A stretch of DNA of 64,000 nt from Octopus vulgaris (taxonomy: Eukaryota), in the NCBI GenBank assembly GCA_951406725.2, contig OX597835.1, positions 39,680,001 through 39,744,000 of the forward strand, read 5' to 3'. Each line of letters starts with the position of its first letter. Positions within the stretch are counted from its first letter, which is position 1. The notes under the pieces were generated by a model that ran no database searches, was not told where the DNA came from, and saw only the letters and a list, made by a program, of their open reading frames with translations. Of this stretch, positions 34,036-49,950 are shown in pieces. The translations under genes and the position numbers were made by a program.

Positions 34036-34486
34036 TGCGTGCGAGTGTCTATGTGTATGTGTGTCATTCGTCCGTTGTATTTCCGCGCTAAAATATCAAA
34101 ATAAAGACCGTTTACTGAATGTAAATCCCGACATTTTTCCTGTCATACGACGACGTCAGTTTAATTGTAACTTTTTGGTTAGGGCGATTTGGCTGTTATT
34201 TCGAGCGCTTAATAAGCCTTAACAATAGTGATAACGGGTAGAGGTTGCAACATTAAGAGATGTATCCCCTACCCAAATCCCATTCACTTGTGTCTTATCA
34301 AACCTATCTCTCTGTATTAAAAACCTCAGACAGACAAACATAAATACTAGAGACACACTCGAAACCGAGAACACCGTCTCGCTGTCGTATCTCTATCAGT
34401 CGTATATCTGTTTATCTCTGAAATCCAGACACATGAAAAGACAGTCGGAACCTTTCTCTCTCTCTCTCTCTCTCCCCCTCTCTCTC

Positions 34487-34517
<31 letters not shown>

Positions 34518-34923
34518 GCCGCTACATTAAATCAAAATCTGTGCATCTGACGAAGATGCCTTTGTGGCTTTTACACTGAACGACCACACCTCCCGCTGCT
34601 CTCTTAGTCTTTTACTTGGCACTGAGGTTCTTAGAAAAAGTCAGAAAGCAATAAACGAACAACATCACAAATAAACACACCAAAAACAACAACTACGCAT
34701 AATAAAACAACAAATATACATACAATAAAACTCAAACACTTAATTGCTTGTCAGAGTTATTTTCCTATTATTTTATCGTTTTTTTCTTTTCAGTCTGTTG
34801 CCAACTGGAAAACTAACAAAAGCCCGAAAACGCAAGTGAAATAACATCATACAGAGTCATCAGGCTCACAGGCCCTTAGATATTTCTCTCAAGGTTTTAA
34901 TCCAGTCAGCACTAATCTATACC

Positions 34924-35049
34924 TATTTCTTTACTACCCGGGTTCAGTCCCATTGCGTGGCACCTTGGGCAAGTGTCTTCTACTATAGCCTCGGGCCGAC
35001 CATGGCCTTGTGATTGGATTTGGTCGACAGAAATTGAAAGAAGCCTGTC

Positions 35050-35123
<74 letters not shown>

Positions 35124-35490
35124 GTGTGTGTGTGTGTGTATTTGTGTGTCTGTGTTTGTCCCCCCAACATCGCTTGACAACCGATGCTGGTATGTTTACG
35201 TCCCCGTTACTTAGCGGTTCGGCAAAAGAGACCGATAGAATAAGTACTAGGCTTACAAAGAATAAGTCCTGGGGTCGATTTGTTCGACTAAAAGGCGGTG
35301 CTCCAGCATGGCCGCAGTCAAATGGCTGAAACAAGTAAAAAAGAGAGAGAAAGGGGCTAAACACAAAGGGGACAATCAAGGACAGACAAACGGATTAAGT
35401 CGGTTATATAGACCCTAGTGCGTAACTAGTGCTTAATTTATCGACCCCGAAAGGATGGAAGGCAAAGTCGACCTCGGAGGAATTTGAAGA
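34924..35490 (-). mobile_element. 5'-truncated SINE B1 with 13-bp TSD, interrupted by a plus-strand SINE A (about 34937-35350)
   Basis: TSD actaatctatacc at 34911-34923 and 35491-35503; B1 tail split by the A copy. Confidence 0.88.
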
Positions 35491-35794
35491 ACTAATCTAT
35501 ACCATAATCCCGCTCCAAACCATAACACACATCTAAAGCAATTCACGTGACTAAAACGCTATACAAGAAGTAACCCATGTGGCGTGCCATGGTGATCAGC
35601 TATCGTAAGGGGAGGTAATTCTTTTTAGATCAATGGTTCTCAACCTGGGGGTTCATATAAGATTTTGTGGGGGGTCATGCAAGGAAAATAGTAAATAGGG
35701 AATCCACAGCAGTATTTTAAGGGTTCACGAAAAAAATTGCTTCAAATATATTTATTGCAAAACCGATAGGTTCCTTTCTCTGTTTTATATAGAA

Positions 35795-36157
35795 CTAGCA
35801 CTATGACCCGGCAACCCCGGGTCATAGTGCTAGTGCATGCATATACAGCTGCGTGCGTGCGCACATACACGCGAGTACTGGCCAAATCTCCGACCAATCA
35901 CATACAGCTAGCTGGCATTCAATTGGCGTATCAAGTTTCGGGCATTTTGGTTGGGTTTGGATAGAAAATTCACCAAAAAGTCACATCTATTGATTTTTTA
36001 ATGGCTTTGCGGAGTGACTGGGGAAATGTAAAGATGTGCACGACCACCCTTGAATGGTTCTAAATGATCATAGAAAGTGCGAGCCCTCTAACTGAAAAAT
36101 TGTGGATTTGTATAAAGGACACACGCACAGACATTTTGCTGTTTATACAGAGAGAGA
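35795..36157 (-). mobile_element. Non-autonomous Helitron nested in a hAT-like MITE (about 35631-36270)
   Basis: Minus strand A|TC start (tctctctctgtataaac...gtctgtgcg), 3' hairpin and CTAG|T end, no TSD; termini resemble 41881-42264. Confidence 0.75.
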
Positions 36158-36289
36158 TTAACATGTTTCCAACCCCCGATTCAGAATTTTGAAAGAGGTT
36201 TCTATAAAACTAGTTCTTAAACATCAATTGGCGACAGGGATCCACCAGAGTAAAATAGAAATCATAAGTAAAACAGCTCTTCTAGATAA

Positions 36290-36776
36290 ACCCTTTGGCA
36301 TTTAAAACAGCCAGATCTGGCCTAAATCTTCCACCCGTTTCATGTTCAAACCAGCCAGATCAGGTCTCTCACACCTACCCTCCAATGTCATGCCATTCAA
36401 TGACAAACGATCACGTCACCGTAACCTTGAAGCTATTTAAACCAGAAAGATCTGGCCTAAATATTCCACCCGTTTCATGTTCAAACCAGCCAGATCGGGT
36501 CTCTCACATCTACTCTCCAATGTCATTCCATTCAATGTCAAACGATCACGTCACCATAACCTTGAAGCTATTTAAACCAGAAAGATCTGACCTAAAGATT
36601 CTACCTGTTTTATATTCAATCCAACTGGATCTAGCCTCTCACACCTACCCTACAATGTCATTCATTCTAAGACCAAACAATGACATCATCGTATTCTTTA
36701 AAGCTACGAGGTAGTAGTGCATGATTAAATTAAAATAAATAAGCATTACATTTGACAGAATTATCTGAATGTTGAA
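36290..36776. mobile_element. Putative piggyBac-like MITE (family H) with about three 135-bp tandem units
   Basis: Starts aaccctttggcatt; agatct anchors at 36313, 36448 and 36583; right end homologous to 5869-6030. Confidence 0.6.
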
Positions 36777-36854
36777 ATAAGGCGGAATTGGAAGTCTAGA
36801 TTTTCAGTCAGGGCAAAGAGTAATATTCTCCCACCCGCTTACACATTCGGCAAA

Positions 36855-37079
36855 GGCCTGGCTGTGTGCAAAGAAGCTTGCTTTCCAATCACTACGTGGC
36901 ACCTTTAGCAAGTGTCTGCTATTAAAGTCTGGGGTCAACCAAAGCCTTGTGAGTGGATTTGGTTGACGGAAACTGAATGAAGCTCATCATATATATGTAT
37001 GTATGTGTATACATGTATGTATATATATATATGTGTGTGTGTGTGTATGTATGTGTGTGTGTGTGTGTGTGTGCATACG

Positions 37080-37111
<32 letters not shown>

Positions 37112-37345
37112 TGTGTGTGTATTTGTGACTGTTTACCCACCTCCCCACCGCTGGACAACCGATGTTAGCTTGTTTACGTTGCCGTAACTTAGCAGTTCGG
37201 CAAAAAAGTCCGATAGAACAAGTACCTGGCTTTAAAAAAAAGAAAATAAGTACCGGGGTCGAATCATTAGAAGAAAAAATTTTCAATGTGGTACCCCAGT
37301 ATGGCCGCAGTCTAATGACCGAAACAAGTAAAATATTAAAAGACC
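36855..37345 (+). mobile_element. SINE family A, diverged
   Basis: Family A modules with long internal TA/TG tract. Confidence 0.75.
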
Positions 37346-37557
37346 AAAAATTATAATCACCTTAAAACCTTCCAGTCGTTAACACGCGCGCACACACACA
37401 CACACACGCACTCATCATTATAACTCCCATCGACATTAGTAATGGTTTCAGCTCCATTTCCCGTTTTCCCAAAATACTCAACCCCCGCCTAAAGAAACTA
37501 CACAAAAATACTATTTAATAAACTACAAATCAGGTCACCAAAACTATGTATTTAGAG

Positions 37558-37854
37558 CTATGGTTCTCAAACTAGCGTCCACATGACCCTTAGTGGTCCA
37601 TATAACCATTTTTCTGTTAAAATTTAGGGGTCCATATATTTTGTTGCTAAAATTGATGTGCGATAAATCGGTTATACTTCTACTTTACACAAAATATTTT
37701 AAGATATAAATTTTTTTATATAATTCCTAATAAAATTTAATTACAAAAATACATTAAGACATTTTAAACATGGAATGGCTATGAGAATCCCACCGAACAC
37801 AATATCGGAATCAAAGTGAAATCTATAGGTGAAAAGAATGGTTGAGAAACAGTG
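37558..37854. mobile_element. hAT (Charlie/Buster-like) MITE
   Basis: TIR-like ends ctatggttctcaa / ttgagaaacagtg; 8-bp near-TSD atttagag / attcagag; related partial copies begin at 35631 and 38356. Confidence 0.72.
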
Positions 37855-38750
37855 ATTCAGAGTATGTGTACAGCATTTCCAAATTTTGAAATTTCAACAA
37901 ACATACTTGTACTACAGGGATCTGTTCTTGTACCCGCTTTTTACAACCTACTCTTCTTATGCGATAGGCTTAATTTTGAGTTATATGGTTAACCCCGTCG
38001 CCTGGTCTAATAATGCTATTTAGCTTTTTAGTCCACTTTTTGCGAGCACCATCTGGGCATTTGGGCCAGGTTTCTGGTTTGAGGATAACAGCATACTTCC
38101 ATATTCCAAACCCTACCTCAGAAGCGATGTCAAGGGTTATGTACAGTGCCTCTTTCCTTGACTAAAAGATATAGCCTACCATTACACACAAAAACATAAA
38201 CGTACCAAACACACACATACACACACAAGAAAAATACTTGCCACTGCAATGGAAGACATAGTAGAGAAGAGAAAATGATGTTGAAGTATAGAGAAATCTC
38301 AGACCAACAGAGAGAAACGACACCAAATGTGTATAAAATCCAATATGGACTACACCAGTGATTCTCAAGTGGGGTCCGTATGATCCTCGGGAGTCCAAAT
38401 AGCATTTTTTAATTAAAATTTATCTGCAATAAATTGGCCATAATTCTACAATACACAAAATATTTTAATTTTTTCACACAATTCTCAATAATCTTTTGTA
38501 CTATAGGCACAAGTCCTGAAATTTTGATGGGAGGGGATAAGACGAATTCATCGACCCCAATGCGACCCCGAAATGAAAGGCAAAGTCGACCTCGGCGGAA
38601 TTCGAACTCAGAACGTAAAGATGGACGAAATGCCGATAAGCATTTTGCCTGGCGTTACAATTCCTAATAATATTTAACTATAAAAAGTATTTTCCAAAGA
38701 AAGATAGGTATTCATGGCTAATATAAATTAAATAATTAAAAATAAATACC

Positions 38751-38983
38751 TACTTCTTTATTACCCACAAGGGGCGAAACACAGAGAGGACAAACAAGGA
38801 CAGACAAACGGATTAAGTCGATTATATCGACCTCAGTGCGTAACAGGTACTTAATTTATCGACCCCGAAAGGATGAAAGGCAAAGTCGACCTCGGCGGAA
38901 TTTGAACTCAGAACGTAACGGCAGTCGAAATACCGCTAAGCATTTCGCCCGGCGTGCTAACCCTTCTGCCAGCACGCCGCCTT
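38751..38983 (-). mobile_element. SINE B1, full length
   Basis: A-box tggcagaagggttag, B-box gagttcaaattcc, Meta/MESC-like core gcctttcatcctttcggggtcgataaattaagtacc, B1 tail. Confidence 0.9.
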
Positions 38984-39624
38984 ACGTATGATATGTATAT
39001 AATATGTAATAATTATAGTATATGCAATAATTAAATCATAAATTGTTCTTTATCGTGTTTTGTTACGCGTGTGATTTCCCGGTTTGTGGGAAAATTTGTC
39101 TTGTATGAAACCAATAAGATACGTGGATACTGAGAAAAAAAAAAACCCAAAAAAAAAAACAGACGAGATAGTTATGGTTGGAACGCTTTTGGTCATTGAT
39201 CTCACCAAAAAGGAACGACCTGGATTTCAATAACAAAAATAAAATCGTCTTTTTCTCGCCTAAACTCAGACCTAGCTTCAAATTCCTATCTCGCTGCTGT
39301 ATAAGCCTGCCTGCCTGCTCGCCTCCCTCTCTCTCTCTCTGTTAGTCTTTGCCTCTTGTCTTTCTATCTTTTTATCATCTTTATCTCCCTTCCATACTGC
39401 CTGACTGCCTGTTTGCCTGCTTGTCTCCATCGCTGTCTTCTAGTCTTCCAGCCTCTTCTCTCCTATTCGTTTCTCCCAGCCAATCAGAAAACGTTGTGGC
39501 CAACACTTTCACAAGAACTTCTGTCCAACATCGACGCTGCAATTGGGGCGTTGATACAACACCACACTCGAATTCACTTGGCGAATTGGCGGGTTTGTTA
39601 AAAGCGTGAAGGATTTTCTTCGCT

Positions 39625-41400
<1,776 letters not shown>

Positions 41401-41880
41401 TGAGCTTGCCTTTTTATATCTCTCCAAGGAACCTGAATGAAAAATACCAGATATATTCGACCTGCACCATTAGTCTCTATCGCCCCACAGAAGATCGAAT
41501 CGTCTGTCGTTTACAAAACATATGTGTTTTGTAAACGACAGACCATACTGATGATCTTGCAGATGTTTACGTGTCCATATACGTAAATATTAACAAGTGA
41601 AACTAATTAGTACATAGGTAATCGTTTTTTTTTATTTCGTATATTTTCATTTGTCTTGCTTATTTTTACACTTTGGTTTTTTGCTGAATTTTTTCTTGAG
41701 AACACATTCTTTGTGGAAAATGGCGATTTTGACGTCTATATCTAGAATAAAGGCGATCTACTTTTAGTGGTCAGTCCTCTAAATTTTGTATGTAAAAAAA
41801 TTTTTAATCTTCGGATTTTTAAAAAAATATGCTAGGTCACTGGATTTAATTGATTAATATCAATTTCAACCCTTACTTAA

Positions 41881-42264
41881 TCTCTCTCTATATAAACGGC
41901 AGTTTGTCTGTGCGTTTTCTGTGTGTCTGTTTTCTCGTACCCTCACTCTGACCACGGCTTTCAACCGATTCTGATGAAATTTGACACACACATAGCCCAA
42001 TGTCATAATTCAAAACTAACGCAGCGAAAATTTTGAAAAGTTCCCCCAGTTCTGAAAAAAATCGATAAATTCGACATGGGGTCGAGAATCAGAAACCCAA
42101 ACCACAGACCGTCTAGGGGACGCAACTCCACCTTTTTTAACTCTCAAAAAAAATTTACCATAATTTTTTTTCCATTTTTTTGCTATTTTTTGGTTATAAC
42201 TCTCTAAAAATGCTTTATAGTTATTTCCCTTACAAACCTGAGCAACGCCGGGCGATACTGCTAG
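41881..42264 (+). mobile_element. Non-autonomous Helitron
   Basis: A|TC 5' end (tctctctctatataaac), GC-rich subterminal hairpin-like gagcaacgccgggcg, CTAG|T 3' end, no TSD. Confidence 0.8.
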
Positions 42265-42265
42265 T

Positions 42266-42303
<38 letters not shown>

Positions 42304-42559
42304 CAGACACACATGATTTCTAATGTGTAAACACGAGAAAGCACTGAGTTAAAAAAGTACATAAATATGAGGGCGTTCCCTCGTCAGTTCGCCATTAAAT
42401 TTGTTTATATATCGAATTTAACAATGTGTTAAAGATATTGTTAGTGACGGACAAATGCACACACACACACACACAAACAAGCACACAGACAAGCACACAA
42501 ACACAGTATATACATATAAATATTATATGAAAGTATTATAATAAAACAATAATAATAAT

Positions 42560-42606
<47 letters not shown>

Positions 42607-42607
<1 letters not shown>

Positions 42608-43103
42608 CTTAACTGATTGGAAGTGTTATCATGTACATTGTTTTGTCTTGGTATAAAAGATGGGCTACAGCAAACATTCTGCTCAATACCACAGATTTGC
42701 TTGACAGTTGTTTGATCTTAACCAGTTGAGCATGTCCCTTAGTGGCTGATGATATGTGCATTTCTGATCACGAGCAGAAGTTGTGGAGGAGCATCATAGC
42801 CATGTGTTGAGAGGGATTCTTTAGGGTTTGGATAATTCACCTTTGGAAACATGGGTGTTTCGTTCAACATCCTTAAACAATCCTTACTCAGGGACCTTTT
42901 GAGCAGGATGGGTTAATCGACCAGAAGAAAATTCTAACTGGGCCCCACCTACAAGGTCATGTGCTGTTTATCTTGATATGAGATCACCATGTCGCGCACA
43001 TATGGTTGTGATGCATGTGCCTGGTGTACCCTTATCAGACGGGTAGTCATGATGGGTATACTGGGCTTCGTATACTTTAATGGCATGCACTGCTCTCTCG
43101 CTC
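42607..43103 (+). mobile_element. Family D element in (AAT)n
   Basis: Flanked both sides by (AAT)n; common 3' end gcactgctctctc.ctc. Confidence 0.85.
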
Positions 43104-43164
<61 letters not shown>

Positions 43165-43919
43165 GGTAAATAAAGGCAAAGCTATAGATTTTTCAGTCGA
43201 ATGAATCGACCCCAGTACTGTTTAAAGCCTACATCTATTACTTTTTCTTTTTCTTATGCCGAACTGCTAAGTTACGGGGACGTAAACACACAAACATCGG
43301 CTCCCAAGTGGTGATGAACACAACACACACAGTATCGATATGCATCAAGATATTTTTTTCTATTTTTAACATAGGCGTGGCTATGTGGTAAAAAGTTTGC
43401 TACCTAACCACATGGTCGTGAGTTCAGTCCCTCAAGGTTTTTGGTCAGCTCAAGGCTACAATAGAAGACCCTTGCTCGAACTACCACGCAGTGGGACAGA
43501 ACCCGGAACTATGTGGTTGGGCAATAAACTTCTCGCCGCATAGCCGCGCTTATGTTAAAAATAGAAATAAATATATTTATGTGAATATCGAGACATAATT
43601 AAATTAGTTTTTACTGGGACGCCAACACCATAATAATTTAATCAACCAGTACTCTGGTACCAATCGAAAATAATTACATAATAAATTTGGCACTAATTAA
43701 TTACTGCTCAACTAGTCAGGAAATGTTCTGTTATTATCCTTAAAATTCCTAAAAACCAACTTGTGTGAGTGTGTTAATTTGAGGATATTAGTTTAGCAAA
43801 ATAACTATAGAAAACATTTACTAAAGGATAAAAAGTTGTACAAAAGACGGGTGACGAACCTACATGGGTTTGAATACAAATCGTTTTAAACAACAACAAC
43901 AACAATAATAATGATAATG

Positions 43920-44544
43920 ATAATCTTTTCTACTAAAGGCACAAAGCCTGAAATTTTCAGACAGAATGGTACTTAACTTTTCGACCCCGAAATGATGAAA
44001 GGCAAAGTCGACTTTGGCGGAATTTGAACTTAGAACGTAAGGATGGACAAAATGCCGCTAAGTATTTTTGCCCGGCGTGCTAACGATTCTGCCAGCTCGC
44101 TGTATGAACAGCAACAACAACAACAACAACAACAATTATAATAATGCTGATTTCAAACTTTTGCCACAAGTGCAGCTTGGGGGAGGGCATTAAATAGATT
44201 ATATCGACTCCAATGCGTAACTGGTACCTGTTTAATCGACCCCGAAAGGATGAAAGGAGAGGTCGACCTCAGCGGAATTTGAACGCAGAACATAGCGGTA
44301 GACGAAATACCTATTTCTTTACTGCCCACAAGGGGCTAAACACAGAGTGGACAAACGAGGACAGACAAACGGATTAAGTCGATTACATCGACCCCAGTGC
44401 GTAACTGGTACTTAATTTATCGACCCCGAGAGGATGAAAGGCTAAGTTGACCTCGGCGGAATTTGAGCACTGAACGTAGCGCCAGACGAAATACTGCTAA
44501 GCATTTCGCCCGGCGTGCTAACGATTCAGCCAGCTCGCCGCCTT

Positions 44545-44545
<1 letters not shown>
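43920..44545 (-). mobile_element. SINE B cluster: B2 copy, plus B1 joined to a headless B unit at 44312/44311
   Basis: gacgaaatacc|tatttcttt junction on plus strand. Confidence 0.85.
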
Positions 44546-44576
<31 letters not shown>

Positions 44577-45170
44577 TAATAATACTATATGTTTGTGAAT
44601 ATGCAGTTTCAATGCACTATGTTGAGCATTCATGTAAATGCATACATGCACACGTAACATCCTGCATGCTGAAAGGTTGCGAAACGGCCGAAATTCTATA
44701 GAAGTCACCTGCTGAAAATTATACATATTTGGAGCAATGGGTTTGTCGATTAAATCGCTCAGTATTTGACTGGAATCATTTTAAATTCTATTATCTCTGA
44801 AAGAATGAAAAACAAATTTGAGTGCAGCAGCATTTGAACCCGGACCAAATACTGTAGGTACTTTAGTCCGATGCTCTACAGGTTTTGGTTGTCCACTGCT
44901 CAATTATAATTGTTTGCTCTTCAGAAATTTAGTGCTGAAATCTCCATCAGGATTAATCAATTAAAAATACCAGTCATTTACTGGGGAGGGGGGAGATAAA
45001 ATCAACTGCTCAAACACACAGTTTGTGACATTTGTGTCGAATTAAGAAATCCACAAAATCACATGTTCTTGTAGATTTTTTTATTCCACACAATTTCCTA
45101 TTAGCTGTTGGATCATTCTCTGAAATGTCACTGAAACACAAGCAGACAGAAACACACACACACACACACA

Positions 45171-45202
<32 letters not shown>

Positions 45203-45221
45203 TCTCTATCACTCTCTCCCA

Positions 45222-45513
45222 CGCTCACTGCTCCAGAGCGTCGGCTGCGGGGGTCATTCCGAAAAGCTCTATCTGCGACGATTTAATCTCAATCGAAGGA
45301 GAGGGGGTTTCTCCGTCCGGGTTGCGGATCCGTGGAATAAGCTGCCGGACGAGATGGTGAAGATGCCGACGACCGCTCGGTTCAAAGTCTCCCTTGACCA
45401 CAAGTGGCCTGAACTCTTTACATGAACACCACCCTGTACATAACTCCATGTCCCCCTACATGGCCTTGCTTTTTTGCTTTTTGGGCCAAAAAATTAACTA
45501 ACTATCTAACTAA
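45222..45513 (+). mobile_element. 5'-truncated CR1/L2-group LINE 3' end
   Basis: GHSEKLYLRRFNLNRRRGGFSVRVADPWNKLPDEMVKMPTTARFKVSLDHKW (RGH..KL...F..RV...WN.LP...FK..LD motif), short 3' UTR, (TAAC)n tail. Confidence 0.85.
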
Positions 45514-45969
45514 TTTCGAAAAATAGTCACGTTTTTTTAGAGATCCACTTAACAGATATTTTTTTTCCGGAATGAAGTATTTGAAATATGTAAACGTTCA
45601 CCCCATTACCCTGAAATGGGAAGAGATTCATTCTTAAATATGTATTGTTGTGTCTGCTTATTTCTACAAAATATCCACTTTGTTTCTGGTTATTAGTGGT
45701 GCAGTATGACTATTTCTGGAGTAACAGGAAGAGACGGTCGTCTATTTTTGAAAATGCAAAATCAGAGTTTTGAAATATCTAATTACAGTTATATACACGC
45801 GATTATAAATAGAGATAATTATGTTTTGAGAAGCACAAAATTAAAAAACAAAAATGAAGTGAAAATGCAGATTTAAATGACAATAACAAAACACCATTTA
45901 CAACAATAATTCGTAATTTACTAAGAGAAATAATATTCAACACATTCGACAGTTCCTGAAAGAAGTATA

Positions 45970-46331
<362 letters not shown>

Positions 46332-47605
46332 TTAATAATGAGGATGATAAATTAATATTGTTATTACTGCTGTTGTTATAATTATCATTGAATTTGCTCT
46401 CGTCTTAGTTGCCTGTTGCAGTTATAAATAGCTAACTAAGCTAATCCCAACCTCAATTAAATGTCTAATTAATTAAGCGCTACGATTTACAAGCAGCAAT
46501 CTAGCGGACGCCATACATTAATCATACACACACACACACACACACACACAGGCAGCATTTATGCCAGTCATGGCGATCATTATCTTTTCTGCTTCATTTA
46601 TGTTTAAACCAGATTGAAAATAGAAACCAATAAAACTCAGACATTGAAACAAATAAAGCCAATGAAAGCAAAACCGACAAATTGTTAGCAAACCGGAAGT
46701 TGCTATGACACCGTCTGTTAGCAAAGAGGAGTCGAGCTTATTTATTTATTACCAACAGAAAATTGTTATTAAAACTTAATTATATAAAATATTTATATGA
46801 TCTGCTTGTTTGTTAATGTTTGTTTTCTTTTGTTTGGGAGTTTTTATCGTAATTTTGTTGTTATTTATTTATATATTTTATATTGTTGCTTTGGTATGTT
46901 TACTTGTTTTTATTACGTTATTGTTGTTATGAAATAAGGGAATGGTTGTTGATATTTTCGTTTCGTTTTGTTTTGTTTTTGGTTTTTGCTTTTAATTGAA
47001 ATAAATAGCTTTTGAAAATTTCGTTTAACGCAAATGGGTATTTAGAAATTGGAAATTGGAAATTGGAAGCTGGAATTATTGTCTGCTTGCAGAAAGAGAA
47101 AATGGAAACAAGAACGGCAAAGACAGCAATGGCGATCACGTGAGGACGACGGCGACAAAGAAATCGTGGGAATTATGGAATTGGTTAACCAAAAAGATAA
47201 TCTAGAGAAGAATTTCATACAAGGTTTTATACTAAAGGAAAGTCTTACATTTTTGGTAGGATGGAGGTTTAGTACCGCGCGTTGGATTGTGGGAATATAA
47301 ATCGTCTATGAGCAGGGGGTAGGGGGTGGGTTTGAGCTGAAAAAGAAGAAGAAGACGACGACGACGGTGATGATGATCATGATCACGATCATGATGGTTT
47401 CAAATTTTGCTAGAAAGGCAGTAATTTTGGAGAGGCGATGAGTCGATTACACCGACTCCAGTGTTCAACTGGTACTTCCTCGGCGGAATTTGAACTCAGA
47501 ACGTGAAGACGGACGAAATGCCGCTAAGCATTATGCTCGGCTTGCTAACGATTCTGCCAGTTCGCCGCCTTAAATAATAATAACAACAACAACAACAATA
47601 ATATT

Positions 47606-48088
47606 CCCTGATGCTGTAACAGGCAGTGGCTTTCATGGCTTCTAATCTTAGCCGATTGGAAGTGTTATTATGTGCAGTGTTTTCTCTTGGTTTAAAAGAT
47701 AGCCTACAGCCAATATTTTTCTCAAAACCATAGATTTGCTTATCAGTTGCTTGACTTTAACCAGTTGAGCATGTCCCTTAGTGGCTGACAATATGTGCAT
47801 CTCTGAGCAGGAGTAGTCGGGGAGCATCACAGCCATGTGTTGAAACGGTTTCTTTGGGGTTTGAATAATTCACCTCTGTTCATCAACCTTAAGCAACACT
47901 TATTCAGAGACCTTTTGAACGGAATGGGCTACTCGCCTCGGAGAAAATTTTAACTGGGCTTCACCTGCAAGGTCATGCAGTGTTTGAGATCACCATGTAA
48001 CGCATATAAGGTTGTGATGCATGTGTCTGGTTAGTCATGTTGGGCTTCGTATATTCGTTACTTTGATACATGCACTGCTCTCTCACTC
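47606..48088 (+). mobile_element. Family D element, diverged, with apparent 5' end
   Basis: Starts ccctgatgc as does the 7503 copy; ends ctctctcactc(aat)n. Confidence 0.82.
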
Positions 48089-48815
48089 AATAATAATAAT
48101 AAGCGATCCAAGTACTTTGCTAATTGGCACCGAAAGATGAGGAAGTTGGCTTGGAAATCGGGTAACCGGCTTTATGTTCCTAGGATGCATTAGGCCGTCT
48201 AGCCGTTTTCTATGTTGTATATAAGGGGCTGGAACCACAACATTCTTCACTAAACAGGACGCCGCTCCGTTGCAGAGCTCAAGGCGAACAATTTTGAAGG
48301 GAGGAGTAAATCGGTTACAACGCCCCAAGATTTGACTAAAGGGATAAGGAATTTGAGGTGGAAGAAATGCCGCTAAGCATTTTGTGCAACACCCTCGAGA
48401 TTCTACAACTTAGCCTTGTATCTTTGTTGGAAAGCGACTCCCTCCTCAGTAGATGATTTATAATGATTAAAAAATAGAAGAGACATACATGCATACATCC
48501 ATACATTCATACATACATGCATACATCCATCCATACATACATACATACATACATCCATACATCCATACATAATTACATAGAAAGGTAGGTACATACATAA
48601 ATACATATATACATACATTCATACATACAAACACACACACACATACATACACGCATGCCACGGTATCGGCCAGTCTGTCGGATGGTGTTATACATCGCTA
48701 GTCACAATGTGCTTCTCATTGCTTTAGTCTCCGAACGATACCACTCCGTGGCAGGGTAACATTCTCCTTGATCGGGAGGGTATTCCGTCGTAAGTTTATC
48801 CATTTACAGCAGAGT

Positions 48816-49136
48816 GGAGGCGGGTAGCTTAGTGGTTAGGGTGCTGGACTCATAATTGTAAGATTGTGGTTTCGATTCCTGGACGGGACGACGCGTTGTG
48901 TTCTTGAGCAAAACACTTCATTTCACGTTACTCCAGTCCACTCCGTTGGCAAAAGTGAGTAATCCTGCAATGGACTCACCATCATGATTATCTGTTTCTT
49001 TATTACCCACAAGGGGCTAAATATAGAGAGGACAAACAAGGACAGACAAACGGATTAAGTCGAGTACATCGACCCCAGTGCGTAACTGGTACTTAATTTA
49101 TCGACCCCGAAAAGGTGAAAGGCAAAGTCGACCTCG
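48816..49136. mobile_element. SINE E 5' part (+) followed by SINE B1 3' part (-)
   Basis: E head/core 48816-48976; B1 tail/core 48995-49136. Confidence 0.8.
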
Positions 49137-49678
49137 TCATCGTCATCGTCATCATCATCATCATCATCACCGTCGTCGTCACCGTCGTCGTTGTCGTCAT
49201 CTTTGTCATTGCCCCACGCCCACAAGCAGAGGAGATTATAATAAAATTCATACCACTTTCAAATAATTGGTAAATAATAATTACAACAACGAATGCAAAA
49301 TAAATAAATAAATAAAAGAAAAGTAAATAAAAGAAAAGTAAAAATAAGAAAAATAAATTATGCAAATTAAATTATTTCCTCGATAATCTCTTCGCTAATT
49401 AACCGGTGGCATGGTTAATATTTTAAAGTTTGGCACGAAATGCCAGTCTAGCTTTCAAACCCACACATCACTCATACACATACATATATATATTAGTATG
49501 TATAATAGTTTAAGATGTGTGTGTGTGTGTGTTATATAATAGAAAATATATGTAACATAATATATATATATATATTTAAAGTTAATCCAAACATGAAAGC
49601 ACAAAAAAACACAACAACACGAGGACGTGGAACAAATATAGTGTTATTGGACGCTCAGGAAGGAAGGAAAGAAGGAGG

Positions 49679-49713
49679 GTTTAACGTTTCGAGCGGATTT
49701 CTTCGTCAGAAAC
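49679..49713 (-). ncRNA. Minimal type-I hammerhead motif (canonical core, damaged stem II) in element 49577-49790
   Basis: Minus strand GUUU-CUGACGA-A-GAAAUCCGCUC-GAAA-CGUU-AAAC; stem I GUUU/AAAC, palindromic ACGU stem III. Confidence 0.65.
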
Positions 49714-49851
49714 ATAGGAAAAGGAAAAATCCAAAAAAGGGAAGACGGAGGAAAAAAAATCGCCAACGTACCCACGTGGTCACATTTCGAATATATTATA
49801 TATATATGTATACTTACATACATACATATATACATACATACATACATACAT

Positions 49852-49902
<51 letters not shown>

Positions 49903-49913
49903 CATATATATAT

Positions 49914-49950
<37 letters not shown>

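Noticed and set aside
34545-34562. ctgacgaag hammerhead-like start (also ctgatga at about 8298 and 41972)
   Set aside because: No matching stem II-GAAA-UH arrangement downstream.
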